Positions 1 to 9,800 of a stretch of DNA of 64,000 nucleotides are shown here, piece by piece (the stretch's first letter is position 1; every line of letters starts with the position of its first letter). The DNA lies in NCBI GenBank assembly GCA_965223845.1, contig CBDCXR010000004.1, positions 5,120,001-5,184,000 on the forward strand, in the 5' to 3' direction. The notes beneath the pieces are model-generated. The model ran no database searches, was not told the DNA's origin, and saw only the letters and a list, made by a program, of their open reading frames with translations. Made by a program: the position numbers and the translations under genes. The stretch comes from Planctomycetota bacterium. GTDB lineage: Bacteria > Planctomycetota > UBA8108 > SXIK01.

Positions 1-1974
1 CTCTCCGCCGGGACTCGCGGCGACGGAGTGGTAGGCACTATCTGCGGGCAGCAGATCGACTCGAAGCTCGGATTGATCCAGATCGAATATTGCGAGCGAG
101 TCGTCCGGCAGCGAGCCGATCAAGAAGCGGGAATCGCGAGAGAAGAGTCGCGATCGCTTCAGGTCATGAATCCGTCGTAGCGTCGAATCGGATCGCCAAC
201 GCACCACGGCGGCGATGCGCCGATTGAGGCCGTCGATCGCCAGCCACTCACCGTCCGGACTGAACTCACAGCGGTAGCTGTCTCTTTCGGTCAACGCGAA
301 GCTCGCTAGGACCGCGCCTTCCGACCCGGAGACGACGATCTCTCGAGACGGGCCGACCTCGTCGCCATCGCGCAGCGAGTTCGAATCAGATCGGCGGTGG
401 CGGATGTATGCCATCACTCGCGACTTTGGATGCGTCGCGAGGGGCCGGGCATCGTCGTCCGGGATCGACCAGCTTTTCTCGAGCTCGAAGGCCGGCCGAG
501 AGAGAACGGCGACCGCGAGATCGCGCAACTCCTGAGACTGCGAGATCGTGGTCGCGCGCTCGATGGCTTCCAAGCTCCGCCGTCGCTGACCGGGGCCCGC
601 AGGCACGGAACTCTCGCGAGCCGCCGTGACGAGAGTCTCAAACGCTGTCTGGCGGGAGACGACCGCGGAACGAATGGCAAGCGCGGTGACCGCGACCAGC
701 AAGACCACGGTCGCGACGGCGAGCAACGCCGCAATCGGATTCCGCTTCGCGGCCAACCAAGCCCGTCGGGTCCGCGTGGTCGGCCGCGCGAGGATGGGGC
801 GCGAGTCGACGAAGCGTTCCAGGTCGTCGGCGAGGAGCTCGGCACGTTCGTACCGTCGGCGCTCGTCTCGATCCATCGCCTTGGCGACGATCGTCTCGAG
901 ATCGAGTGGAATCGAAGGGTCGAGGCGCCGGAGCGGCACGGCACTCGAGTGCAAGACCGCGTTCACCAAGGAGGCACGATCGGGTGCGGCAAACGGAGGC
1001 CGAAGCGCGAGCAGTTCGTAGAGAGTGACGCCGAGCGAATAGATATCGCTGCGCGCGCTCGCGCGCGCCGAAAACCGCTCCGGTCCCATGTAGCGCAACG
1101 TTCCGACGGCGTCGCCCGGTGCCGTGAGGCCCTCCGCGCTCGCGTCGCGGGCTAAGCCGAAGTCCGTTACCCAGACCTTGTGATCCTGATCGAACAAAAG
1201 GTTCGAGGGCTTGACATCGCGATGCAGAATACCGCGCTCGTGCGCGTACTCGAGAGCGCGGGCGGCCTGCGCGCCGATGCGCGCGATGCTGCGAAAGTAC
1301 GCGCCACGTTGCTCGCGCGTCGAGCTGTCGCCGAAACCGGATTCGCGGCCGATCTTGGACGCGACATCGACGGGACTTCCATGTCCGCGCTCGGCTTCGT
1401 CGCGCAAATGGCGCATTTCCTCGATGACTCGATCGAGTCCCTGCCCATCGACGAGTTGCATCGTGTAGAAGTGGAAGCCGTCCGCTTCGCCGACGTCGTG
1501 GACGGCGACGATGTTCGCGTGATGCAGCTTGGCCGCCGCTCGGGCTTCCGTGTTGAATCGCGCCAGCGCGTTGGCGCCCGCGGCACCGGGTGACTGCGCG
1601 AGCACCTTGAGTGCTACGCGCCGGCCCAATGACCGCTGCTCGGCCTCGTAGACGACGCCCATGCCCCCGCGACCGAGCTCGCGGATGAGCCGAAACTCCC
1701 CGAGCTGTCGCGTTCGTTCGAGCTGCGTGAGCGCAGATCCTCCGGCAGCCTCGCGCCCTCTCCCTTCGATCAGAACGAGCGTCGGAAAGATCGCATGCAG
1801 CTCTCGTTCGAGCTTCGGATGGCGCTCTACGTACTCCTGTAGGACCGGTCGCTCGCCCCGGCGAACGCGGCTCACGACTTCATCGCAGATTTGCTCGAGA
1901 AGCTTGTCGTCGAGCTCATCGCCGCCGAGCGATTCGCTCAGCGCGTCCTCGTGTCCCTGCGAATCGAAGTCCAT
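1..1974 (-). CDS. Ser/Thr protein kinase with TM helix and WD40-like C-terminus (runs off window edge)
   Basis: Not in the ORF track; read manually from ATG 1974 (MDFDSQGHED...). Motifs: ELGRGGMGVVY, VALKVL, HRDVKPSN, TDFGLA, GTLRYMGPE, SDIYSLG; TM IAALLAVATVVLLVAVTALAI; then FSPDGEWLA WD-like repeats. Frame open to base 1. Confidence 0.93.
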   Translation of the reverse strand, partial: MDFDSQGHEDALSESLGGDELDDKLLEQICDEVVSRVRRGERPVLQEYVERHPKLERELHAIFPTLVLIEGRGREAAGGSALTQLERTRQLGEFRLIRELGRGGMGVVYEAEQRSLGRRVALKVLAQSPGAAGANALARFNTEARAAAKLHHANIVAVHDVGEADGFHFYTMQLVDGQGLDRVIEEMRHLRDEAERGHGSPVDVASKIGRESGFGDSSTREQRGAYFRSIARIGAQAARALEYAHERGILHRDVKPSNLLFDQDHKVWVTDFGLARDASAEGLTAPGDAVGTLRYMGPERFSARASARSDIYSLGVTLYELLALRPPFAAPDRASLVNAVLHSSAVPLRRLDPSIPLDLETIVAKAMDRDERRRYERAELLADDLERFVDSRPILARPTTRTRRAWLAAKRNPIAALLAVATVVLLVAVTALAIRSAVVSRQTAFETLVTAARESSVPAGPGQRRRSLEAIERATTISQSQELRDLAVAVLSRPAFELEKSWSIPDDDARPLATHPKSRVMAYIRHRRSDSNSLRDGDEVGPSREIVVSGSEGAVLASFALTERDSYRCEFSPDGEWLAIDGLNRRIAAVVRWRSDSTLRRIHDLKRSRLFSRDSRFLIGSLPDDSLAIFDLDQSELRVDLLPADSAYHSVAASPGGE

Positions 1975-2058
1975 CGCGCGTCGTTACGGTGACTAACCCG
2001 GGAAACCAATCCTGAGAGAATACTCAAGGCCCCCACGAGCAGCCGTGAGACCGGCAGG

Positions 2059-5000
2059 CTACGGACAAGCATCGTACTCGCATTCAGCGAGGCGGTCATT
2101 CGTCGGATCCGGCCCGCACTCGAACGGCCCCGGCGCGGTAGGTGCCAGCCCATTCGCGAAGAGGTAGTTGAGTGTCGCGAGAGCATCGGAGACGTCAACG
2201 GAGCCGTCATCGTTCGCGTCGGCAGCATCGAGACAGCGCGGCATTCGACCGGTGGCAAAGAGCCAATTGAGCGTCTGCACGGGATCCGCGATGTTGACGA
2301 GACCATCGCCATTGGAATCCGCACGACGGAAACGCCCGCCGACGATCACTTCGACGACGAACGTACACAGAGCACTGTTGCCGGCACCGTCGACCGCAAG
2401 GACGGAGACGCGAGTCTCCCCGGGGGCGAACACCGAACCCGACGGAGGATCCGCCTGCACGTCGACGACGCCGCTGGGATCGGAAGCCACGAGGTCGAAC
2501 TCCACGACGGCCTGGTCCTCACCGAGGGCCTCGATCACCAGTCGATCGGGACACTCGAGTTTCGGCGGCTCGAGGTCGGGGGACACGGCGATGCTACCCG
2601 AGGTGCGCTGCGGCGTGCTGCTTTGCGTGGTGTCGCCCAACTGGACGGCGACCACCGACTCCACTTCCGGGTCGCCCAGGCCATCGACGATCTTGAGCTC
2701 GACCTCCCGCGGTTCGGCGCCCGTCACGGGATCCGGGGTCTCGGTTGACGCGACCTCCAACTCGAGGATTCGGAGCGGTTCCGTCGCATCGAGCGGCGCT
2801 CCGGGAGTCAACACGATCCCGACGACCCACTGACCGGCACCGAGCGCGTCGTCGTCATCGGCGCTGCGCACGAAAAAGCTGTCGACGGCTTCGGGGGCGA
2901 CATCCGGTCCCGGACGAATGGAGCGTATCTCGAGCAAGCTCGAATCGGCGAGCTCGAGGCCCAACTGCACGGCTCCGAGCGGCGCGTCAGACTCTGCCGA
3001 GACGTACGCCTTGAAGAAAGATCCGCTCGAGCGATCGACGACGCCGCTAGAGCCACTGAGACTCGTCGACGGCGGACAGTCGCTCCGAAGCACAAACGCC
3101 GCGGGGTCGGGACGCGGATCATTCGCGCAAGGCAAATCGACGTCGCGCAGGTAAAGCGGATCGCGATTTCGCCCTGGGATGAGGAGGCGCAAGTTACCGG
3201 CGAAGAGATCGAAGTGCGTGAGCTCGTAGGCGTCTCGAAATGGCTCACAGTGACTGAACTCGCCGCCCGCGGTCGACGGAGCGGCGAGACCCGAAAGGTC
3301 GAAGTCGAGAAAGAGCTCCCACGAAAAGTCCATTGGAAGAGAGAGACCGGGAATCTGCGAAATCGCACGCGCCGTCGACAAGCGCGCGCGATCGAGACGG
3401 ATACGCACCTCGCCCAAGAGCGAGTCGCGGGCACGAGCGTCCAGATCGTGGATGAAGACGTCGAACTCATCGAGACCGCTCGTAGGATCCGTGTGCGTAG
3501 CGCCGCGCTCAAAGGTGATCGTTCCGACGAAATCCTTCGTAAAGACGCCGACGCCCGGGATCTCGAGATCTTCGCAGATCGTGATCGCAGCGGTTTCCCT
3601 CGGCGCCCGGATATCGATGTTCCAAAGCTCCGGCAGCGGCGCGAACGGCTCGAGAACACCGTCGCGAAAGAGACCGATACTCGACGAAAACACTCCGTCC
3701 GGCGTCTCCCCCGATAGCGCGACGCGGATGCTCTCGCCGGTGAGCGCAGTGGACGTCGGCTCGAGGACGAGGCGCACGAGCTCGAGATCCACGCCGGGCT
3801 CGATCGCGCTGCCGGGTTGCAGCGAGAGCTGAACGACGGCGTAGTCCAGCCCGCTCACGAGCTCGAGTGAACGAACTGCGTCGGCCGGCAAGTCGGCCCC
3901 TGGCTCGACGCCGCGGATGGCGAAGCGGTCGTCATCAAAATCGAAAACGATCGTCGAGTCAGCGATGGGCGACGGCGAGTCGACATGAACCGATATCGGA
4001 TAGGGTTCGCGCAGACGCTCGGGGTCGATCACCGCTTCCGGGATTCGGATCACGGGCTCGAGCATGCAAACTTCGAGTGCTTCGATGCGCGCGGTCAAAT
4101 AGACCCTCGTGCCCTCGACCAACGCGCTGCTCGCCCAACTGAGCGAAGCGGATTCGAATTCCGAGATCGACCAGCGGGTCGGAAGACTCGGAAACGCAGG
4201 CCGCACGCGAGGAACGAGAAGAAGATAACCATCGTCTTCATGCGGAGGGGTCCATGAATCTTCCGTGAACGAACGCACCACATAGTGCTTCACCTCGGTG
4301 GAAGATTCGCTGGGAGAGGCCAGAAGGTTGCCCCTCGTCGATTCGAACACGCGATCGCCCGTGTCGAGCTCAAAGTCGTTGAGAAAGCGGAAATTCGTGA
4401 ACCCTGGATGCGACGGTTCCGGCTGCAGATCGTACGAGAACCGGCCGGTGATCGGTTGACCGATCTTCGGGGCCGCGCCTACGGGATGGACTGCGGTCAC
4501 GATCGCTCGGAAGCGGACGCAGGCAGTCGCCGGCGCGCCGCAATAGGCGCTCGGCTGTACGAGGACGTCCACTCCGTCGCCCTCGAAAAACGAGTGACCG
4601 GTTGATGAAGCGGACTCGTACGAAAACCGCTGAGACGCCGCGTGAATCGGATAGATCGCCGGCGGCAGACAGAGCGATTGCCAGCCCACGAAGACGGGAG
4701 CTCCGTCGCCGAGACTCCATCGCGTGTCTTCCGGTAGAACGGTGACGACTCGTGGCTCCGTCACGAGCTCGAGTCGTCGATACCCTCCGTGGCCGAGCGC
4801 CGGATCGGCGACCAAGACGAATCCGCTCGGAGACACGGCGTACTCGAGGTGCGGACCGACGTTCGTCAGCGCGAGAGTGTAGCGAGACGGGGCGAGTCGT
4901 GTGCTCGCGTTACCGCGAAAGATCGAGGCGGGTACACCGTCGGCTCCAGATCCCCAACGTCCGTGGTAGCCACCGACATCGAACGACACCGGGTGAGTGA

Positions 5001-6030
5001 CGAGCGAGAAACTCGACGTCCCACCGCTCGCGAGGCTCGAGTCGTCGACGCTGACAAGGCCCGACGGCGAGACCGTGTACGACACGTGGCGGAGATCAAC
5101 CCCCGCAAGCCCGAAGTTGTAGGTGGCGGGCGCGAGCTGGCTCGTTGCGTTGCCCATGAAGATCGACGCCGCGACACCGTCGGCTCCAGTGCCCCAACGG
5201 CCGGGGTATCCGGAGACGTCGAAGCTCACTTCCAGCGTCTCGAGAGTGAACGATCGTTCGCCACCTTGGGCGAGAGCGGAATCCGACGTCGACACCACTC
5301 CGCTAGGCGCGAGTGTGTACCGCACATGGAAGAGGTCGACGCCCGGGAGGCCGAACTGATACGTCGCCGGAGCGAGATGATGAGAATCGTTTCCCAACGA
5401 TATGCTGGCCGCGACACCGTCCGCACCGTTCCTCCATCGACCGGGGTAACCGCTCACGTCGAAGTCGACCTCCAGAGTGACGAGCGAGAGCATGCGATCG
5501 CCGCCCGTCGCCAGAGTCGGATCCGACGAGCTCACGGCGCCACCGGGTTCCACGGTGTACTCCACGTGGCGGAGGTCGACTCCCGAAAGACCGAGCGTGT
5601 AGGTCGCCGCGGCCAGGACGACGCTCGCGTCGCCGGAGTGCAGCGAAGGCGCGTTCTGGTCGTTCCCGGAACGCCAACGGCCCGCGTAGCCGTTCACGCG
5701 GACATCGACCGTCCACGTCAGAAGCTCGAGACGCCCTGTGCCTCCGCTGGCACGAAGGGGATCGTCGGAGGCGACGGTTCCGTCCGCGGCGACGTTGAAG
5801 CCGACCAGCTGATTGTCGACTCCGACGAGCCCGAGATGGTGGTGACCCGGCGCAAGGTCGAGCGTCCGGTCTCCTTCGTAGGCTGGAATCCCGTCGACGA
5901 GCCAGCGGCCGGTGTATCCGCCGATGTCGATCTCGACCTCGACCGCTCCGAGTGAGCTCGGCAGCAGCAGGAGAACCGTCCAGATCGGTCGGTACCGCGC
6001 GTTCGGGTGTCGCTGAGTGTCTCGTTCCAT
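2059..6030 (-). CDS. Secreted 1323-aa protein: five ~80-aa repeats, two cohesin-like domains, HYR, dockerin-like C-terminus
   Basis: Signal peptide IWTVLLLLPSSLGA; repeats VxFDVxGYxGRW; HYR PPKLECP...PSGSVFAPGETRVSVLAVDGAGNSALCTFVV; dockerin FRRADSNGDGLVNIAD...DAADANDDGSVDVSD. Confidence 0.88.
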   Translation of the reverse strand: MERDTQRHPNARYRPIWTVLLLLPSSLGAVEVEIDIGGYTGRWLVDGIPAYEGDRTLDLAPGHHHLGLVGVDNQLVGFNVAADGTVASDDPLRASGGTGRLELLTWTVDVRVNGYAGRWRSGNDQNAPSLHSGDASVVLAAATYTLGLSGVDLRHVEYTVEPGGAVSSSDPTLATGGDRMLSLVTLEVDFDVSGYPGRWRNGADGVAASISLGNDSHHLAPATYQFGLPGVDLFHVRYTLAPSGVVSTSDSALAQGGERSFTLETLEVSFDVSGYPGRWGTGADGVAASIFMGNATSQLAPATYNFGLAGVDLRHVSYTVSPSGLVSVDDSSLASGGTSSFSLVTHPVSFDVGGYHGRWGSGADGVPASIFRGNASTRLAPSRYTLALTNVGPHLEYAVSPSGFVLVADPALGHGGYRRLELVTEPRVVTVLPEDTRWSLGDGAPVFVGWQSLCLPPAIYPIHAASQRFSYESASSTGHSFFEGDGVDVLVQPSAYCGAPATACVRFRAIVTAVHPVGAAPKIGQPITGRFSYDLQPEPSHPGFTNFRFLNDFELDTGDRVFESTRGNLLASPSESSTEVKHYVVRSFTEDSWTPPHEDDGYLLLVPRVRPAFPSLPTRWSISEFESASLSWASSALVEGTRVYLTARIEALEVCMLEPVIRIPEAVIDPERLREPYPISVHVDSPSPIADSTIVFDFDDDRFAIRGVEPGADLPADAVRSLELVSGLDYAVVQLSLQPGSAIEPGVDLELVRLVLEPTSTALTGESIRVALSGETPDGVFSSSIGLFRDGVLEPFAPLPELWNIDIRAPRETAAITICEDLEIPGVGVFTKDFVGTITFERGATHTDPTSGLDEFDVFIHDLDARARDSLLGEVRIRLDRARLSTARAISQIPGLSLPMDFSWELFLDFDLSGLAAPSTAGGEFSHCEPFRDAYELTHFDLFAGNLRLLIPGRNRDPLYLRDVDLPCANDPRPDPAAFVLRSDCPPSTSLSGSSGVVDRSSGSFFKAYVSAESDAPLGAVQLGLELADSSLLEIRSIRPGPDVAPEAVDSFFVRSADDDDALGAGQWVVGIVLTPGAPLDATEPLRILELEVASTETPDPVTGAEPREVELKIVDGLGDPEVESVVAVQLGDTTQSSTPQRTSGSIAVSPDLEPPKLECPDRLVIEALGEDQAVVEFDLVASDPSGVVDVQADPPSGSVFAPGETRVSVLAVDGAGNSALCTFVVEVIVGGRFRRADSNGDGLVNIADPVQTLNWLFATGRMPRCLDAADANDDGSVDVSDALATLNYLFANGLAPTAPGPFECGPDPTNDRLAECEYDACP
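4755..5945 (-). repeat. Intragenic tandem repeat, 240-bp (80-aa) period, five copies (first more diverged)
   Basis: Equivalent codons at 4981, 5221, 5461, 5701; units such as VSFDVSGYPGRWGTGADGVAASIFMGNATSQLAPATYNFGLAGVDLRHVSYTVSPSG. Confidence 0.9.
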
Positions 6031-6144
6031 CCTCGCGCCTCCGCTTCGGGGTCTGTGTCCTCTCGATACGAGTCATCTGCGAGCACACCCCCGGCGCGGG
6101 ACAGAGAATCGAGCGGCCGGGGACGGCCCTTCCCCGGACGGGTG

Positions 6145-6768
6145 TCAGGCGTCGTCGCCATCCTCGATGAGCGCGCTGAGCCGCCGCAACGCGCGGAGGT
6201 AGCGCTTCCGCGCAGTGTCCTCCTCGAGCTCGAGCACCTGCGCAGCTTCCACCGACGTCAGCCCCTCGTAGTGGCGCAGGGCCAGAATCTCCCGATCGAG
6301 GGGCTTCATTCGGTTAATGGCATCCTCGAGTCGGAGCTTGGACTCAGCGCGCGCCGCGGCGTTGCTCGGCGACGTGAAGTGCCCCACGAGTCGTGCCGCC
6401 AGGACAACCGAGCTCGCGTCCGGGATTCCCGAGCGAAAGATCGAAACTTCTCGCGCGGCGTCGCGATGCGCACCGAAGTGGCGGCGGTGTTCCTGATGAA
6501 GACGTTGAACGGCGAGAAACCGAAGCCAGAGAAAAAGGGAGGAGAACGGCTTAGACCGATGGAACTCCTCCAGTCGCCGGCTGGCCTCCAAGAACGTGTC
6601 CTGCAGGATGTCCTCCGCGTCGATGCGACCCGCGACGCGAGGATGCAGCCGCAGCTCGAGCATCTGCTCGAGCCGCGGACGCTCAAGCTCGAGGACGCGT
6701 GCCAGCTCACTGACGTCCGCGACCTCGAACTCGGGTTTGGAGTTCGATTCGTTCTCGCCTCGATTCAT
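6145..6768 (-). CDS. ECF sigma factor, Planctomycete kinase-associated type (TIGR02984-like)
   Basis: RLHPRVAGRIDAEDILQDTFLEA, WLRFLA, HRRHFGAHRDAAREV, TSPSNAAARAE, DREILALRHYEGLT, ARKRYLRALRRL. Confidence 0.92.
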   Translation of the reverse strand: MNRGENESNSKPEFEVADVSELARVLELERPRLEQMLELRLHPRVAGRIDAEDILQDTFLEASRRLEEFHRSKPFSSLFLWLRFLAVQRLHQEHRRHFGAHRDAAREVSIFRSGIPDASSVVLAARLVGHFTSPSNAAARAESKLRLEDAINRMKPLDREILALRHYEGLTSVEAAQVLELEEDTARKRYLRALRRLSALIEDGDDA

Positions 6769-6838
6769 TCAACCCCTCGATCCGCGCCCCTTCCTATCGT
6801 CGCGCCTCGCGATCTTACCGCAGCTTGTGCCGAGAAGC

Positions 6839-9800
6839 TCACGGACAGGCCTGCGTCACACACTCCGCCAGTCCGCTCGGAGCGGGATCGCGACCGCAGT
6901 CGTCCGGCCCCGGCGCCGGCGGAGCACTACCATCAGCGAAGAGATAGTTCAGAATCTGCACCGCATCGCTGATGTTGACGCTGTGGTCGTCGTTCGAATC
7001 CGCCGCGTCGGGGCAGGGAGGCGGCAGGCCGTCGGCAAAGAGATAGTTGAGGATCTGAACGGCGTCGCTGATGTTCACGCTACGATCGTCGTTGGCGTCA
7101 CCGCGGCGAAACTCGACGCCGGCAGGCTCGACACGAACGACGAACTCGCAGGCAGACGAATTGCCGGCGGTGTCGCGTGCGGTCACGCGCACGACGGTTT
7201 CGCCGACCGGGAAACCCGCCCCGGATTCGTGACTGGAATCCATCTCGACGTCGCCGCAGTCGTCGATTGCAGTCACTTCGAACTCGACGGGAGTGAGCTC
7301 GCCTCTCGGCAGTTCGTCGACGACGATCTCGCCGGGACAAGAGATCTCGGGTGGCGTACCGTCGGCGAGAACGACCAAGTCGCCACAGGAAAACTCGGGC
7401 TCAATCCCGATGGAGTTGCCGTCGCGCTGAACCGTCACCGTGAGATCGATCGGCGGCGAGCCGAGTCCGCCGACGGGACAGAACCGAACCCGATCACCGG
7501 GCGTAGCCATCGAGCTTGGCCGTACACGAATCGTGAGCGCGCGCACCGCCTCCGTCGCGTCGAAAGTCACTCCGGCGTTGAGAACGAGGCCCACGATGGC
7601 CTGATGATCGTCGAGCTGTGCGGATGTTCCGTCGAGCACGAAGAGCGACTGCACGCTGTCGGGATCGAGATCCGGTCCCGGTGAGAACTCGATCGATTCG
7701 ATGAGCTCCGGACGATCCCACTCGAGACCGAGTTGAAAAGCTGAGACGGGCTCGTCGGCACGCAGGAGCAGGTGCATCGGGCTCTCGAAGCACGGCTGGA
7801 CACCCGTCTCCGCGGCGAAATCTAAGCGAGAGCCGTTCGTCGTAGATACGGGAGGAAGAGGGTCGAGATTCCGAAGCACATAGCGATCTCCCGGACGAAC
7901 TCCACTCGCGCGGAGCACCCAGATGCCCGGAGTCATCGCGTCCGTCTCGAGGCGCCATACGACTTCGGAGCCGTCGCACTCGTCGTCTGGCGTGCCACCG
8001 GCGACCTTGCGTTTGAACCCCGCCGCTCGTCGACCCGGCACGGCTGTCGCGACGACCGTGTGCGTATCATCGAGCAGGTCGAGGCGAAAACCCGTGAGCG
8101 AGCTCGGCGTCACGACTTCGAACCCGGCCGTCGCCGGCGCGCCTTCGGGCCAGCGCATCGCGTGAAGGAGTTGCGGACCGGGATTGCACGTCGCGAGCGG
8201 GCAGTGCCCGTCGAAGAAGAACTCGTGCTCGATGCGCCCATGTGGGTTCCAAATCTCGGAGATGATCTGATCTGTGGCGTTACTCGGCGGATCAGCAGGA
8301 TCGCCGCCGCAACCGGGCAATTGCTGCACGTAGCAACAGATCCAGTCATCGATGGCCTGCGACGTCCGGCGCACGTCATCGACGTTCACCGGGACGGTAT
8401 AGACAACGCGAAGATCGTAAATATCGGCATGTCGCCCGTCGCACGGCAGCGTCAGCGTGAAGCGGTCGAGTCCCAGACCTCGCGGACAGGGGATTCGGTG
8501 CGTGGTGTTGGTCGCGAGTACGCGGCCACTCGCATCGCGCAAGGTACTCGGCACCGCACCGCTCGTGATGAGGAGATTAGACGCCGCGACGACGTTGCCG
8601 AGACCGCAAGTGGACGCCAAGTCGAGGCAGTCCTCGACTTCCGTGGGGAGCGTAATACTGAAGACGTCGACGTCGTCCGGACAGTGAAAATTGAGCCTCC
8701 TTACGACCAGCTCGTTGACGATGAACTCATTTCCCTCAGTACGAGTGAACTGCGCCGCGCTCAGTTCGGCGGCTTCGGAGTTCCTGTCGTTCGGTTCGAA
8801 ACCATCGGATGCCCTCTGACCGAGAGCTCGGATCGTGCCGCTGAGGTGATACACCGTGTCGTCCCCGGCGACTTCGAACGGAAGCGGGTCGCGGAGGAAG
8901 ATCGGCACGGACCTCCACGTCGAGAAGCCACTCACTCCTCGCGTACTCTCACTCGTGTCGCGGGAGCGCACGCCGAATCGGGACCGAGCGAGGCCACTAC
9001 CCGCGTGAGATTCCGTCGTGACTTGAACTTCGTACGGCATGCATTCGCGAGCGGAGGGAGCGGCCGCAATGACGAAGTGGTCCTCTTCGTTGAGCCCGCT
9101 CGCTGTGTAGTCGTGTAGACCGAGATCGCGCTCCTCGAAGACCTGGAAATCGGAGACGGGAAACTCGATCGCCGTCCCCGGCGTGTCGTTCGTCTCCCGG
9201 CGCTGCGCTTCGGGAATACAGAAGCTGGCTGCGAAGTCGCTTTCGGGATCGCGGTACTCGTCGCGCGCCAAGACCGGCGAGAGAACGCTCGGGCTCGTTC
9301 GCGGCGAGAGTGCGCGAACGAGAGCCAGATCCGCCCGCAAAAAGCGTCGCACGCGGGGATCGCTGCGCGGCGGCGGCGAACGCAGCGCCGTTGATCGCAG
9401 AATGTCCCGGATTTGCCGGTGACTCAGCGATGGATTCGCGGCGCGCATCAAAGCGACCACACCGCTCGCGATGGCGCAGGCGCTACTCGTACCGCCGACA
9501 AATTTCTCGGTAAAGGGCCCGCAGGAGGGACCATCGCCTTGGGGAGCTGCAACTCGGGCCGAGTCGATGACCCAAATGTCTACCGAAGAGCCGAACAAGT
9601 GGAGATTGTCGTAGCTGGCATCGGTCGCCCCTACGGCGATGCAGTTCGGGAGAATCGCCGGAATCAGGTGAAAGCGCTCGATGGTGGCTTCGCCGAAGGG
9701 TTCCGTCGCGTTTCCGGAGGACGCGAGACAAACGACGCCTCGACGCACGGCGAACTCGAGCGCGTCCTCCATGGAGTCGCGGGCTTCGGAGAGAATCGCC

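Noticed and set aside
4755-5945. Regular repeats as possible CRISPR or DGR template (also 45700-46135)
   Set aside because: In-frame protein repeats with synonymous drift; no spacers, cas or reverse transcriptase genes.
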